A stretch of DNA of 64,000 bases from Novakomyces olei (Eukaryota), in NCBI GenBank assembly GCA_016906335.1, contig JADEYG010000012.1, positions 1,054,001-1,118,000 of the forward strand. The letters are read 5' to 3'. Made by a program: the position numbers and the translations under genes. Within the stretch, counting starts at the first letter, position 1, and each line of letters opens with the position of its first letter. The notes beneath the pieces are model-generated. The model saw only the letters and a program-made list of their open reading frames with translations, made no database searches and was not told the DNA's origin. Positions 40,649 through 51,990 of the stretch are shown one piece after another.

Positions 40649-41401
40649 CTATAGAAGACTGTCCAAGTACTCTTCATCTTTTGCCCTTACGGCCTGTGCA
40701 TTTCCATAATGCCCAATAAGGGTAGAAGTGCCGGGGTGCTCAGTCGCTTTGGTATCAGAGTCCAAAGATGCCAAAAAATCATCAAAATCAGCAGCCTCTA
40801 AATCATCGTGACGAGTCCCATTCGGCCCAGGCTTAAATTTACGGGTAACACTATCCCGTAATTTCGCTCGAGCCACGTCTTGTTGTAACGTATCTTTGCT
40901 CTCAAAGGCCACTATGGCCGATGAACGCCTCCGATCCAAGGGCCCTTCATATCTGGGCTCACGTTTATGCAGAGCCTTTGGCTCAAACGGTCTTGCGGGT
41001 AATGTATGCAGAAATGTTTCGTCAGCCGCACTGCCATCATTGCCCTCCTCGATAGGCTCCTCATACCGCCACGCGTTTGACTTGAGTGGCCTATTGCTGA
41101 AAACCAGGCTGCCATTCTCATTGTGTTCACAAGGGAAAACCTCGTAGTCTGATTCGGAAACAGGATCAGCGGCAGTCTTTGAGCGCGTATTAGACTCAGT
41201 AACAGACTCTTGAACGGACTCGGCGCTGTTCAAATGCCCATTAGATCTTGCTCCATCAATAGAAATTTGACTGGACTCGTTCGTGAGTGACTGGCCGTTC
41301 ACAGGACCCGTCCTTCCACCACGATCCTTGCCATCGTCATGGTGCCGTTTGTGGTACGCTGCGGACGCCTTCTTTTTCCACTTGTCCTGGTGCAGTACCA
41401 T
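40649..41401 (-). CDS. 250-aa hypothetical protein with basic N-terminus and an Aven-like SNAWRY motif
   Basis: Intact ORF MVLHQDKWKKKAS...FSNRPLKSNAWRYEEP...DFDDFLASLD...EEYLDSLL. Confidence 0.75.
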   Translation of the reverse strand: MVLHQDKWKKKASAAYHKRHHDDGKDRGGRTGPVNGQSLTNESSQISIDGARSNGHLNSAESVQESVTESNTRSKTAADPVSESDYEVFPCEHNENGSLVFSNRPLKSNAWRYEEPIEEGNDGSAADETFLHTLPARPFEPKALHKREPRYEGPLDRRRSSAIVAFESKDTLQQDVARAKLRDSVTRKFKPGPNGTRHDDLEAADFDDFLASLDSDTKATEHPGTSTLIGHYGNAQAVRAKDEEYLDSLL

Positions 41402-41465
41402 TCGGCAATTATATCATGACGGCCGTACGGTGTAATCGAACGTCAATTGTAATGACGACAATTGA

Positions 41466-41468
41466 AAA

Positions 41469-41515
<47 letters not shown>

Positions 41516-41518
41516 ATA
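41466..41518. repeat. (TAAA)n microsatellite
   Basis: Short perfect run about 65 bp upstream of the ATG at 41401. Confidence 0.9.
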
Positions 41519-41665
41519 TTATATATAGGATTAGACTTATATTAACATGGAATGTTTACATAATACTATATTTACAGAATACTGCATTATTCTAGTAATG
41601 GATCTATTTACAAAGTAAGAAAACTCGATATTCCCATAAAATACAGTTCATGTTTACGGAAAAGC

Positions 41666-43549
41666 CTAGTGCGCCCCTGACCAAAGTAAAGTCCGTGTGC
41701 GCACAGCATCATTGCTATATTCATCCAAATTCAACACATCATCAGCTTCGTCCATTGAACGATCAAACTTCCATCGATCACGAGTAACGGGATCCAATTG
41801 GCTTAGTAGCCGCTCATTGTACTGGTCCTTCAAATAATGGCCCATCCGGTCAAGGATCAAACGGCCCCCACGACCCAATCGCTGTCGGTACGAAGGCCTG
41901 GAAGCGTGCAATCGCTCGCCTATAGGGCGTTGTGCAAATGCAGAGCCAACAAATCCGTGCGGGCCGGAAAAAAAAGGTGAAGATGAGGAGGAAGACGATG
42001 ACGAAGCCTCTGAAGACGCTGCCGGAGACAAAAGGTCTCCCGGATCTGAAGATTGAGGAGTTGGGCTCCTCAGTGTATCACGAAGCTCAGACGAAACGGT
42101 ATCTGGCCCAATGCTATCAGTAACAACAAATCTAAAGTAATCGTCGGGCGAAGCAGACCCCGGGACCAGCTTGTGACATGAAAAAGTCAAGTCCACCCAA
42201 TCTGTATCGTACTCCTTGTACCTTTGCAAGGCTTCCTTTGTGATACGAGCTCTGCGAGCATCACGCTCACGAAGGCATTCGTCAAGGGTAATGAGCCGGT
42301 CTGGTTCCTTAACCATGGCATTTGCAGCGTGGCCTCTAACAGAGGCATTGGAAGCAGCAGGCGAGACAATATTGCTCGATGCTGATCCACCAGCAGCAGC
42401 TGGACTCGAGGCTAAAGCGCTGTTGTTACTTGCAGCCGGTACAGCTCCAGTAGCATGAGCAGAAGCGGCTGCTTGAGCTGCAGCATGAGCTGCTTGAGCT
42501 GCTTTGGCGACAGTTTGAGTGGAAATGTCCATTTTCCGACGCTTGTGAGTAACCAAAAAGTCTTCATCACTGTCCTTGATGCCGAGTTTACGTTTTTGCA
42601 GCTTCAGCGCAGTCCGAGATTCAAATATTTTACGCTCAACTCGAATAGCTTCCAGATGCATTTTTTCTCGTTCGACAACTTGCTCCAGGACAGAGAGCGC
42701 TTGAGTCATTTCCGTGCGAACACGACGTAACTTTTCGCTTCCTTGAGCATCTGTCCTGCGCGTTTTACGGACCTGGCGGACTTCACGTCGACGGAAGCAA
42801 GTGTAGGGATCGTTGTCGTCTTTCTCGTTCTCCTCGAACCTTAGCGCTGGCATTAACGGACGGCCCTCGTTCTTGGCCTTGCGTTCCTTCCAGTAGGGGT
42901 AGACGTGTTTGGCTAGAGGAAGGAAGTGCTCAGCACCGGCCGGGGTATCCACAAAACTTGGCTCTAACTCTTCCAATGACATTATCTGCGAAGGGTCCAT
43001 GGATAAAAAGGGTTGCCTCTCGGCCACTGCCATTTCTAGGACACTTATTATCCATTCAAACGCGTCTTCCGGAATAATAGCGCTTGGGGATTTCACTTTG
43101 CTATTGTACTTTTTGAGCCATGTATCATCTTCGCCGTCCATACAATAAGGCGCTCCGATCGAATCTTCCACGGTTGTACTAAACCTAATCGAAGTGTTGG
43201 GTGGCGCATAGCCTTTGTCATAGAATTTGTCATATTTGAAAAGCGATTTCCGTACTTCTGGTGTGGGGATATAAACAGTAGACTTGCTACCACCAGCAGA
43301 AGCCTGTAAGTGAGCATTGATCGCTTGCTTCAAATGATGCTCTTCCTCTTCCTCTTTATCGACACCGGTCTCAACCTGCGGGACAGATCTCTGAAGGGAA
43401 ACTTCTTCATCAAAATCGGGGATATCTGATTCTTTTAGCACCTGTAGAGGGGCCTTGATCGATATCTTCTTTGTACGAAATCGAGCACCCGCCGCAACGC
43501 CAATTGTTCCTGTAATTGAGCCATTGGCTTTTGCTGAGGCTGAAACCAT
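41666..43549 (-). CDS. EPL1: Enhancer of polycomb-like NuA4 subunit
   Basis: EPcA motifs RFRTKKISIK, VETGVDKEEEEEHHL, YIPTP, YCMDGEDDTWL, VYPYWKERK, DPYTCFRRREVRQVRKTRR, and C-terminal RQRLGRGGRLILDR. Confidence 0.95.
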   Translation of the reverse strand: MVSASAKANGSITGTIGVAAGARFRTKKISIKAPLQVLKESDIPDFDEEVSLQRSVPQVETGVDKEEEEEHHLKQAINAHLQASAGGSKSTVYIPTPEVRKSLFKYDKFYDKGYAPPNTSIRFSTTVEDSIGAPYCMDGEDDTWLKKYNSKVKSPSAIIPEDAFEWIISVLEMAVAERQPFLSMDPSQIMSLEELEPSFVDTPAGAEHFLPLAKHVYPYWKERKAKNEGRPLMPALRFEENEKDDNDPYTCFRRREVRQVRKTRRTDAQGSEKLRRVRTEMTQALSVLEQVVEREKMHLEAIRVERKIFESRTALKLQKRKLGIKDSDEDFLVTHKRRKMDISTQTVAKAAQAAHAAAQAAASAHATGAVPAASNNSALASSPAAAGGSASSNIVSPAASNASVRGHAANAMVKEPDRLITLDECLRERDARRARITKEALQRYKEYDTDWVDLTFSCHKLVPGSASPDDYFRFVVTDSIGPDTVSSELRDTLRSPTPQSSDPGDLLSPAASSEASSSSSSSSSPFFSGPHGFVGSAFAQRPIGERLHASRPSYRQRLGRGGRLILDRMGHYLKDQYNERLLSQLDPVTRDRWKFDRSMDEADDVLNLDEYSNDAVRTRTLLWSGAH

Positions 43550-44183
43550 GGCAAGCAGATGGACACGTGGCCGCTACCAAAGCGCCGGACCACTTGACGC
43601 GAGGCCCACTTTAAAAGCTGAACAGGGGCTATTGCTTAGCGGCTCCGAAATTTTCAAACAGTGCGATGCAGCCAGGATATCTCGATTCAAAGAAAAGTTG
43701 CTGCCACAGGAGCTCAACAAAGATCGAATAAAATTCAGCAAATTAATGATCAAGCCACTGTGCGTTTCTAATAATCCTATTCACCTTTTTTGTCAATTTC
43801 GTTCTTCGCGATATCAGACTGAAATGAACGAGATAACCAGATAAAATAGCAAATTCAGTGGTTGAATTTGAAACCAAAGTCAGATTTGGGAACCACAAAC
43901 ACCATAAATATGAAGAGTAGTATAAAAAGGACCGCTTTGATGTAAAGATTTAAAACCAAATTGAAATCAACGCTGAACGAAAACTGCACGCAAACACAAA
44001 TTCAATCCTGCAAATGGGTATTATGAAGCAGAAGTTTTGGAGCGATAAGCTTGCCCAACAAGCAATATCTCTCTTGCCCAACTTCAAGGCAGCCCACTGA
44101 ACGTAAATGAGATTGCAAACGTGGGATGGGTACACTGTGTTACTCTTTTCGAGCTTTACGCGCCCCCGCGACACATTTGAGAA

Positions 44184-44501
44184 AACCCTGTTGTCACGTG
44201 TCGATATGCCAAAGTGAAAACCCTATCGCTGCAATCAAAGCAGTTCGATTCAGTCGAAAACCCTAGTCTTAAACCCTAAACCAAAAAATCCGATTGAAGT
44301 GGAGGGTTAGCAAACCGCAGAGTAGGGTTTGAACGACACGCCTGTGCTCTGGGGTTAACGGAGCACTAAAAGAGGCTTTTAGGGTTAAGAGAAGGCTTTG
44401 GGTAATGAGGGGATGAAACCAGCCAATAAGAAATAATGACGTCTTCTCGTTAAACACGCCGGGCGGATGAGCGGGAAGTGAAAATTTTTTCAGTCAGGGT
44501 T
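44184..44501. promoter_or_regulatory. Cluster of eight AACCCT/AGGGTT telobox-like sites plus CACGTG, CCAAT, TGACGT, PAC (GATGAG) and RRPE (TGAAAATTTT) motifs
   Basis: AACCCT at 44184, 44219, 44259 and 44272. AGGGTT at 44303, 44324, 44381 and 44496. GATGAG at 44466 and TGAAAATTTT at 44479. Function is inferred. Confidence 0.5.
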
Positions 44502-45220
44502 TTTTAGCCCCTTCGTAGAGTGCTTCTCTTGCGGCTAGAGGCCGAGGTAGAGAAGGGGAGGAAAAAAGGAAAAAAAAGACTGAGAAGGTAAGACGGAGAA
44601 TGAAGTAGCAGAAGCGAAAATGAAACTGCTCTTTTCTCTTCTGTGTCCAAAGTACGTTCGAGACAGAGGCAACAGAAAAAAAGCGAGAGAAGGGCGGAGT
44701 TTGGCCGCTGTAAGAGTGGGCTTTCTGCGAAAAAAAACAATGCGACGCGCCACGATAGTAATTCAATTCTATTATAGAAACAATAAAGTTTCGATATCTT
44801 TACAAAATAATATCGTTGGATGGGAAGAATATGACTATTTCGTAAGTAATGTACTGTGTAATGCTTGCATGACCAAGTAAAAGTTCATGACTAAGTAAAA
44901 GTAAGTAATGGAAATAGCAAATGCGGTTCTATAGAAGAGGTAAACCGAGGCGACAACTAGACTCACAAGTAATATCGGCCAAGTCCCATATTTGGTATCG
45001 CAATTACAGTATAATTTTACACTTTTAAAAACAATAAAAAAGCCAATGGCGGCTGAAGGAATAGAGAATACTATTCTGTGGGACCCCAAGTGACGTAAAT
45101 TTTATAGTCTTAGCCTAAAAGAGCCAAGTAATAACTTGAAAGCAAGATCTATATACAAAAGCTTAATGAACCTCGACCACTCGCCATTATCGTGTCACGG
45201 TGACACGTACTTTACGCGCT

Positions 45221-45800
45221 ATGGGCAACAATCCGTCACAGCTGATAGAGCGATTATCGGCCGAAACTAACTGTAAAATCCCCGCTTCCTTTGACAATGT
45301 GTTTCATTACCGGCTAACGCGAGACAGTCACACCAGAGGAGATCGATCGGATACGGCGGCGGTTTGTTAAAATTGACGTTAACCAGTCCGGTTCTATAGA
45401 CCGTAACGAATTTCTTTCAATTCCACAAATATCCTCAAATTTGCTTGCCTCTCGTCTGTTTGCCGTTGTCGACGCAGACGGTGGTGGCGATGTCGATTTC
45501 CAGGAATTCATTACTGGACTGAGCGTGTTTAGCTCAAAGGGCAATCGTGAAGAGAAGTTACGGTTTGCCTTCAAAGTCTACGATATAGACCGTGATGGAT
45601 ACATTTCAAATGGCGAGCTTTTTATCGTGCTCAAAATGATGGTGGGAAACAATTTGCGAGATCAGCAACTGCAACAGATTGTTGACAAAACTATTGTGGA
45701 GGGCGATACAGACGGTGACGGACGTATCAGTTTTGAAGAATTTAAAGCAATTGTCAGCGGCACTGATATATCCAGAAACATGACACTAGATGAATTTTGA
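45221..45800 (+). CDS. CNB1: Calcineurin regulatory subunit B; intron 45273-45327
   Basis: MGNNPS myristoylation start and four EF-hands ([48 protein letters not shown]), plus LKMMVGNNL. Confidence 0.97.
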
Positions 45801-46531
45801 TCGGATATAGAAAGGCTGAACGTGTAAAGAGAACAGAGAAAACACAAGAATCTAGAAGCACAATGCTTTTGACATTCAGTCTACCCATCGCGGATCAAAC
45901 GGTGATTGCTGTCCTTGTGCTTGCATATCCATGGCTGGCTGTTGCATAAATCGGCCTGGTGGTATCAAGGGCGGAGATCAGTCTTACAGTCTTGATTGCC
46001 TGAATACTATTCTTTCTTCCGACTAATTATTGTGCAATGAACGCGCTCTCTTACGAACAGAAATAACGCGCGCTGGCATGGGCAAATACGGACGTGATTG
46101 GCTATTGCATGCTTGGGCACATCACTACAGTCCCCTGTATATCTTTTTTCCTTGTGTTGAATTCGACGTATATGTATATACTGGATTATTTGTGGATTGT
46201 TTCTGTGTAGCAAGATAGAAAAGCCTTGAATCGGAATTAAAACATTGGCTTTGCGAGACTCTGCGCGAATTGTATTAGTTTGTAGGCAGTTTACGAATTT
46301 GTAGGCAGTTTACGAATTTGTACAGTTTACGAATTGTATAGTTTAGGAATATTATAGACACTTTAAGAGTACCTTTAGTCTCTACGTGGGACGCGGCAAT
46401 AGTAATCGACAGTATTAAACTTAACGCTCATATAAACCGAAAAATATAATAATACAATACAAGGTCACGTGATCTAATATAATGTATGGATAAAAGATGA
46501 GGCAGTTAAGCGTAGACAACTGTCCCGATGA

Positions 46532-47286
46532 ATGGCGGCACAGCATAATCTGCTGCTTGTTACAGACACGGCACTCCCACTCGGCTCGTTTGCCTTCTCA
46601 TCGGGCTTAGAATCGTACCTCGTCCACGAGGCACAGCTGAGCCGCACTAACGATGCCTTATTCGCTACTTTTTTAAGCCGCTCTCTCCGCAGTACGGCAA
46701 TGCTGAGTATTCCCTACGTCGCCGCGGCCTGGGAAGCTTCTTCAAGCAATGATACAGCCGCCTGTATCCGCCTCGACACCGATTGCCAGGCTAGTATCGT
46801 GTGCCAAGTGGCTCGCCGCGCCAGCAAAACACAGGGACGTGCTCTATTTGCCGTATGGTCACGTGCATTAGTAGCCGGCGTTGCTGGGGCAACGCCCGGC
46901 GATGCACGTGCTTTTGCCGCTGCTCTGCCTTTTTCCCATTTTGCTCTTGCGTGGGGGGTTGTCACGTGCGCTCTCGGTATCTCTCGCGGTAAGCAAATAG
47001 GCACTCGCCGTTTTGGATTAAATCACAGACTAATTAGGGTGCAGACGAAGCGCTGTACGCGTTTTTGCTCTGTCACGCGAAGAATATATGCAGTGCTGCG
47101 GTACGCGTTGGCGCAATTGGCCCGTACCGTGCGCAGCAGCTATTGGCTACATTATCCCCAACCCTCTCTAAATGTGTGGCAGAGTCCTGTGAGTTGGATG
47201 TGCGGGACGCTTGCCAGACTTGGCCGATGCTTGACGTGTTCCAGGGCCGGCACGAGCTGCTGTACAGCCGTGTGTTTAACGCTTGA
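46532..47286 (+). CDS. ureF: Urease accessory protein UreF; intron 46989-47044
   Basis: DTALPLGSFAFSSGLES, RRASKTQGRAL, SAAVR.G.IGP and C-terminal QGRHELLYSRVFNA. Confidence 0.92.
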
Positions 47287-47411
47287 CCCAGTATATTGTA
47301 AAGAAAAGGCCATTAGCTTATGAGTATTGACTACGAGTATTGAAATTGTAGAGAATCCAACTGAATTATAATTACATGCAAATCTAATTAACCATTACCA
47401 CGCCAACATCG

Positions 47412-48533
47412 TCATGAAAGGATCTTTTTCAGCGCTGTCTTTTGATCCGCATTTAATGACGTGGGGAACTGTACTTTAACGTCAATCACCAAATCGCCCC
47501 GCCGATCTGGGCTCTTGGGAAGAGGCATTCCCTGCCCGGGATACCGTATCTGCTGGCCCGGGTTCGTGGGATTTGCCCTCGATAAGGGAATCTTTTTCCC
47601 GTCTATTGTTTCCACTGTTCGGCTCCAGCCTGTCAACGCCTCAACTAGTGACAGCGTCAGATTCATATGTAAATCATCGCCTTGGCGTTTAAATACAGCA
47701 TGAGGCTTCTCCTCAATCGTAAACTGCAGATCCTGAAAAGTACCGTTTGGCTTTTCGTCTCCCTCGTTATTAAACGTGACTTTTGTACCGGCCTTCCATC
47801 CAGGCTTGACAGATATTTCCAGCACTTTCTCTGAAGAGCCACTGCGCCGTTTTCGTGTAATCTTTAGCCTTTTTACAGCGCCTTTAAACAAATCTTCCAG
47901 CGAAACTGGGAGCGGGCGGCTCACAACTTCACGAGGCTCCTCGGCCTGAGTACGCTGCCGCCTACGGCTGCCCCCACCGGGCATTCCACCCCCACCAAGA
48001 TCAAAGCCGAACCCACCGGGCATGCCACCAGCTCCGCCATGCATATCATCATCGTGGTCAAAGCCATGAGCTCCACCTCCTCCCCCACCAAACATAGAAG
48101 CAGCACCTCTCTTCCCAAAGAATTGTTCAAATATATCGTTCGGATCGCTTGCGGTAAAGGAGCCGCTGCCACTACCAGGCATGCCGCCCATATTGAAATG
48201 GAAGCTCTGGCCACCAGCACCAGGACCAGCTCGGAACCCGTTAAATCCGCCTCCGGGGAATCCGCCTCCAGGAGCGCCTCCGGGGCCACCTGCTCCAGCG
48301 CCCGGCGGAACCTGCTGGTCGCTCGTGATTCCAAACTGATCGTACATTTTCCGTTTCTCCTCGTTCGAAAGCACTTCGTACGCAAGCGAAATATCTTTAA
48401 ACTTGTCCGCACCTTCCGGGTTCTTGTCCGGATGGTACTTTAACGCCATTTTGCGATAAGCCTTCTTAATATCCGCATCAGACGCGTCTGGCTTGACGCC
48501 GAGCACATCGTACAACTTTGTCTCTGCCACCAT
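47412..48533 (-). CDS. SIS1: Type II Hsp40/DnaJ co-chaperone (Sis1/Psi1)
   Basis: [14 protein letters not shown]-domain with HPD motif, G/F- and G/M-rich linker, and C-terminal domain KPGWKAGTK. No zinc finger. Confidence 0.95.
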   Translation of the reverse strand: MVAETKLYDVLGVKPDASDADIKKAYRKMALKYHPDKNPEGADKFKDISLAYEVLSNEEKRKMYDQFGITSDQQVPPGAGAGGPGGAPGGGFPGGGFNGFRAGPGAGGQSFHFNMGGMPGSGSGSFTASDPNDIFEQFFGKRGAASMFGGGGGGAHGFDHDDDMHGGAGGMPGGFGFDLGGGGMPGGGSRRRQRTQAEEPREVVSRPLPVSLEDLFKGAVKRLKITRKRRSGSSEKVLEISVKPGWKAGTKVTFNNEGDEKPNGTFQDLQFTIEEKPHAVFKRQGDDLHMNLTLSLVEALTGWSRTVETIDGKKIPLSRANPTNPGQQIRYPGQGMPLPKSPDRRGDLVIDVKVQFPTSLNADQKTALKKILS

Positions 48534-49031
48534 GGCTTTGTACCGGGACTGACGATAAAACTAGTGTCGAGACGAGTCGTCTAACCAAACAACAACAAAA
48601 ACGTAAAACAAATCGGTCTGCTTCAATCGACGGGTATCTCAAAATTGATGCAATATCAATTGAAAAGCAATGGCGAATTCCAAATGCTCTGCAACGGGCC
48701 GCTTGAATAATCGCAGAGGCAAAGAATAATATAGTCTTTTACCGTTCCACAACGATACGTTGGTATTATCGTGAAGCGATGCTAATATATATATATATAT
48801 ATTTGTATATATCGTATCGTATCGTATTACCATGATTCTATAAAAATACCGTCTAGAAATTTCGATATTTATTGTATAAGGGTGATCGCACACTCAAAAA
48901 TAAATAAATTAATTAATTAATAAATATTTAAATATGTAAATAGATAATTAAATTAATAAATAAATAAATTGGATCTGCTATGCGAAAAGCGACAAGCAGA
49001 CAAACGTGTCCTTTTTAACTTGAAATATTGT

Positions 49032-49050
49032 TAACCCTAACCCTAACCCT
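49032..49050. repeat. Interstitial (TAACCC)3 telomere-like repeat in the SIS1/ATG101 divergent promoter
   Basis: Sequence reads taaccctaaccctaaccct. Confidence 0.85.
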
Positions 49051-49190
49051 GACATTCAACGACACAGCGTTACAACGTGGAAAAGCTGCGATTTAATGAC
49101 GTTGGGTTCTTATACGCACATATCCCATCTTTTGCACAGATAACGATCTACTGCGTCTGCCCGGCTGTATGATTTCATAGCTCTCTTCTT

Positions 49191-50340
49191 ATGCAAGCGG
49201 GCGGCAACAGTGCCGCCTCCGCGCCCCGACGCAATACATCTGGCTCTGGTTCGGCACAGGCTCCTGACGCTATCATCACATTTACGGTAGACTATGCGTT
49301 TTTAGAGCCCGTCGCTCGAGGTGGGTTACCCCAAGTTCGCTTGTGTTCACATACTGACGCTTAAGCCTTGCTGCAGGCGATATTCTTCCATAGGCTGTAC
49401 GGTACACTGCGACCTCACACTGCTGAGCTGCTGGACACTACATACGTATGATTGTCGTTCTGATCTATCATTTTTATTTATTCATTCATTAACCTCGTTG
49501 CTTTGCCTTTTGATTTCATAGGCTTGTTTTTAAACTATGAATCGCCTGAGTATCGGCTCTACATTGACCGCGCATCAGTCAAATTGATCGTAGCCTTTCA
49601 GCAAAGCCGATTATATTACGCCCATCTTATTTTGTACCTTTGTTGTTTGCCTATGATTTTTCCTTTATTGTTGCCTCTGTCGTTGCGTGTGTAAGGGTCA
49701 TGCCGTCTAATACTTTTACAGCCTTGGGTCGACGATGCAGAGGTACAGCAGTTGATTGGTGAAAGGGTCTCTGAGCTTGTACAGCTCGTGGCCTCCGGAC
49801 AAAGTGGTGTTGAAAACACGACTGGCACAGGTAACGATCGAGCCGGCCGATGGTTTCGTATGGCTGTAGAATTTTACGAGAAGCGAGCGCGAAGGCCTTC
49901 ATCATGGTTTCCAATGGGCATTACTGGACGTCAGGCGCCATGGGAACGGTGGATTCTTGACCTTTGCGTAGTATCACCCAGGAATGAGACGCGTAGGTTT
50001 TGTATTCTTTTCTACAGTCTTTATTCAACACTTTTTTTCAATTTTATTGGTTTTGTCCCTTTTTTTTTTACCAATTTCTCTTTTTGGTCTATTTTACTTC
50101 ATATCCTTTTCCCGCTTGTTTATTGTCTGTTTGAAATTGCCAACATTTGTAGATGCAGCACAGTTGCGTTCTAGTATGGAACGTGAGTTTGGAAGTCGGC
50201 TTCTCGATATCGTCACGATGGTAAACGAGCGCAATGATCTCGGCCACATTCCGCCTGTAACAACAACATTTGAGAACCCGTTCCCTTATAGCATTATTCT
50301 CCCGCAGCAGCAGCAGCAGTCTGCCTCAGTTCACACATAG
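49191..50340 (+). CDS. ATG101: Autophagy HORMA protein Atg101, 4 exons
   Basis: Spliced ...ALLQAIFFHRLYGTLRP...PWVDDAEVQQLI...VEFYEKRARRPSSWF (WF finger)...PWERWIL...GHIPPVTTTFENPFPYSI. Confidence 0.88.
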
Positions 50341-50702
50341 CGTTAACGTATATAGTTGTATTTTTACTCACAATTGAATCTTCAGTTAGTTTTGAGCGCC
50401 GCACTGTACAATAATTAAATCGCACCCGTATCCCACATACACATAATGCATACTTTACCGCAAAATACCTGCTCTGCTAAAGCTTTTGGTTTGCCTTGAT
50501 TTACTTTTAACATTTTACTCTACTCCTATCCTACAATGAAACCTCAAGAGCATAGGAGAGTTAAGTTTACTTCTTGGTGCTGATTAGACTAAACATCAGC
50601 GACTATCTGCTTCATAGTGCAACAAATGCACGACGGTTCGGTTGCAGATGCAACAACATAATATACGAAAATTCGTGGCCGCCGTCTAATACGGTTGTAC
50701 GC

Positions 50703-51630
50703 TTAGTCCATCTTTGCTGCGGGGGCAGACTCTGTTGCAGTGGGCTTGATATAGCGAGAAGTGAGCGGCCTGATAACATGGGCGTAAACAGCCTCAGCAC
50801 CACGGAATCCCGGCAGTGAGAGCCACAGCAAAAACACGGTCTTGAGCAAAAAGTAAAAGGGCACAAAGTACAGGATAGTATAGCTCCAATACTCGATGAT
50901 GGTCAAGAAACCGTAAACGACCCAGTAAGTAAGCCACTAAATTATTAGTAAAAAGTCGCTACGCCATAAAAATTGCGTAATAGAGAATTGTGTGCGCAAT
51001 AACCAAAACCGGCAAATATCAAATTAAATGCCACTGTTTTACTTGTGCGTAGAATAATACAAATAAATAAAGTGTATATAATCACGGAATATACTTAAAA
51101 ACACGTACCTGAACGTCGTCGCGCGACGTGGTCGTCTCCAGGGCGACCAAAGAATAATAGGTCGGCAGGACAACTCCGGCGAGATTGCTAAGCAGCTGTC
51201 CGCCCCAGTTCATAAAGATAAAGAGAACATAGAGGAAACCGAGAGCAAGGACCAGGTAGACCTTTGGAATGCCTGCACGTGACTCGAATTGTTGCAGCTG
51301 CGGGTACTTTGAGAGCTATACCGAGATTAGACAAATATTACGGATAAAACAAAACTGAACAGCACGTAAATGGAGTATAATTGTAAAAGAACGTGAATGC
51401 CGAGCAGGAAAGCCTTCCAGTATACTGGCGCTATGGACTGCAAGCAAAGACTATTAGGGTAGAGAAGAGAGAGACGGGAAAATGGCATCCACGAAAACCA
51501 ATCACAGACAAAAAAACGGAAACCCTTCCGTGCCTGCACATACCTGTCGGTCAATGGCAGAGACATGCTGCTGCAACTTGTCCTGGAAAGACGAGCCGGA
51601 AGCAGGCGGAGGCGATGCGGCGGTAGACAT
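50703..51630 (-). CDS. YOP1: ER-shaping REEP/DP1 protein Yop1, 3 exons
   Basis: Spliced ...LSKYPQLQQFESRAGIPKVYLV...GQLLSNLAGVVLPTYYSLVALETTTSRDDVQ-WLTYWVVYGFLTIIEYW...PFYFLLKTVFLLWL.LPGFRGA. Confidence 0.92.
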
Positions 51631-51990
51631 TATTAGCACTGTTCAACTTTGTTCAAACGGATCTTTTGTGCCGTGTAGATGAGGGTTTTGGTTGGGGCGG
51701 AATGCACGAGACAGAATGTTCAAGAAATGATGTAACATTATCCGTTACTTTTAATCTAACTTGATATTACGATAACGTGATATGAGAGTTGCTGGTAGCA
51801 TTACTCGGTGGACCCGCCAAGACTTTGTGGCTCAATCAGTCACTATAAACATGTATTTGCAGTTCAACGGGAATATTGCAATAAAACGTTTATAAAACAT
51901 TAATAAACGAAAATAATAAAAATATAGTCTATAGAAATACGAGTATTGTTTAGAAATTGTATTATTTTACTATTTTATTTCTTACAATTA

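Noticed and set aside
44282..44390. Minus-strand Sm-like site ATTTTTTG with TAACCCTAA about 90 nt upstream
   Set aside because: No U1/U2/U4/U5 signature is present, and there is too little room between template and Sm site for a telomerase core on that strand.
44500..44730. RNase MRP/P-like P4 halves on the minus strand (GAAAGCCC ... GAAGGGGCTAA)
   Set aside because: It lacks the GAAAGUCCCC bulged-U strand and the GARAR element, and pairing is imperfect.
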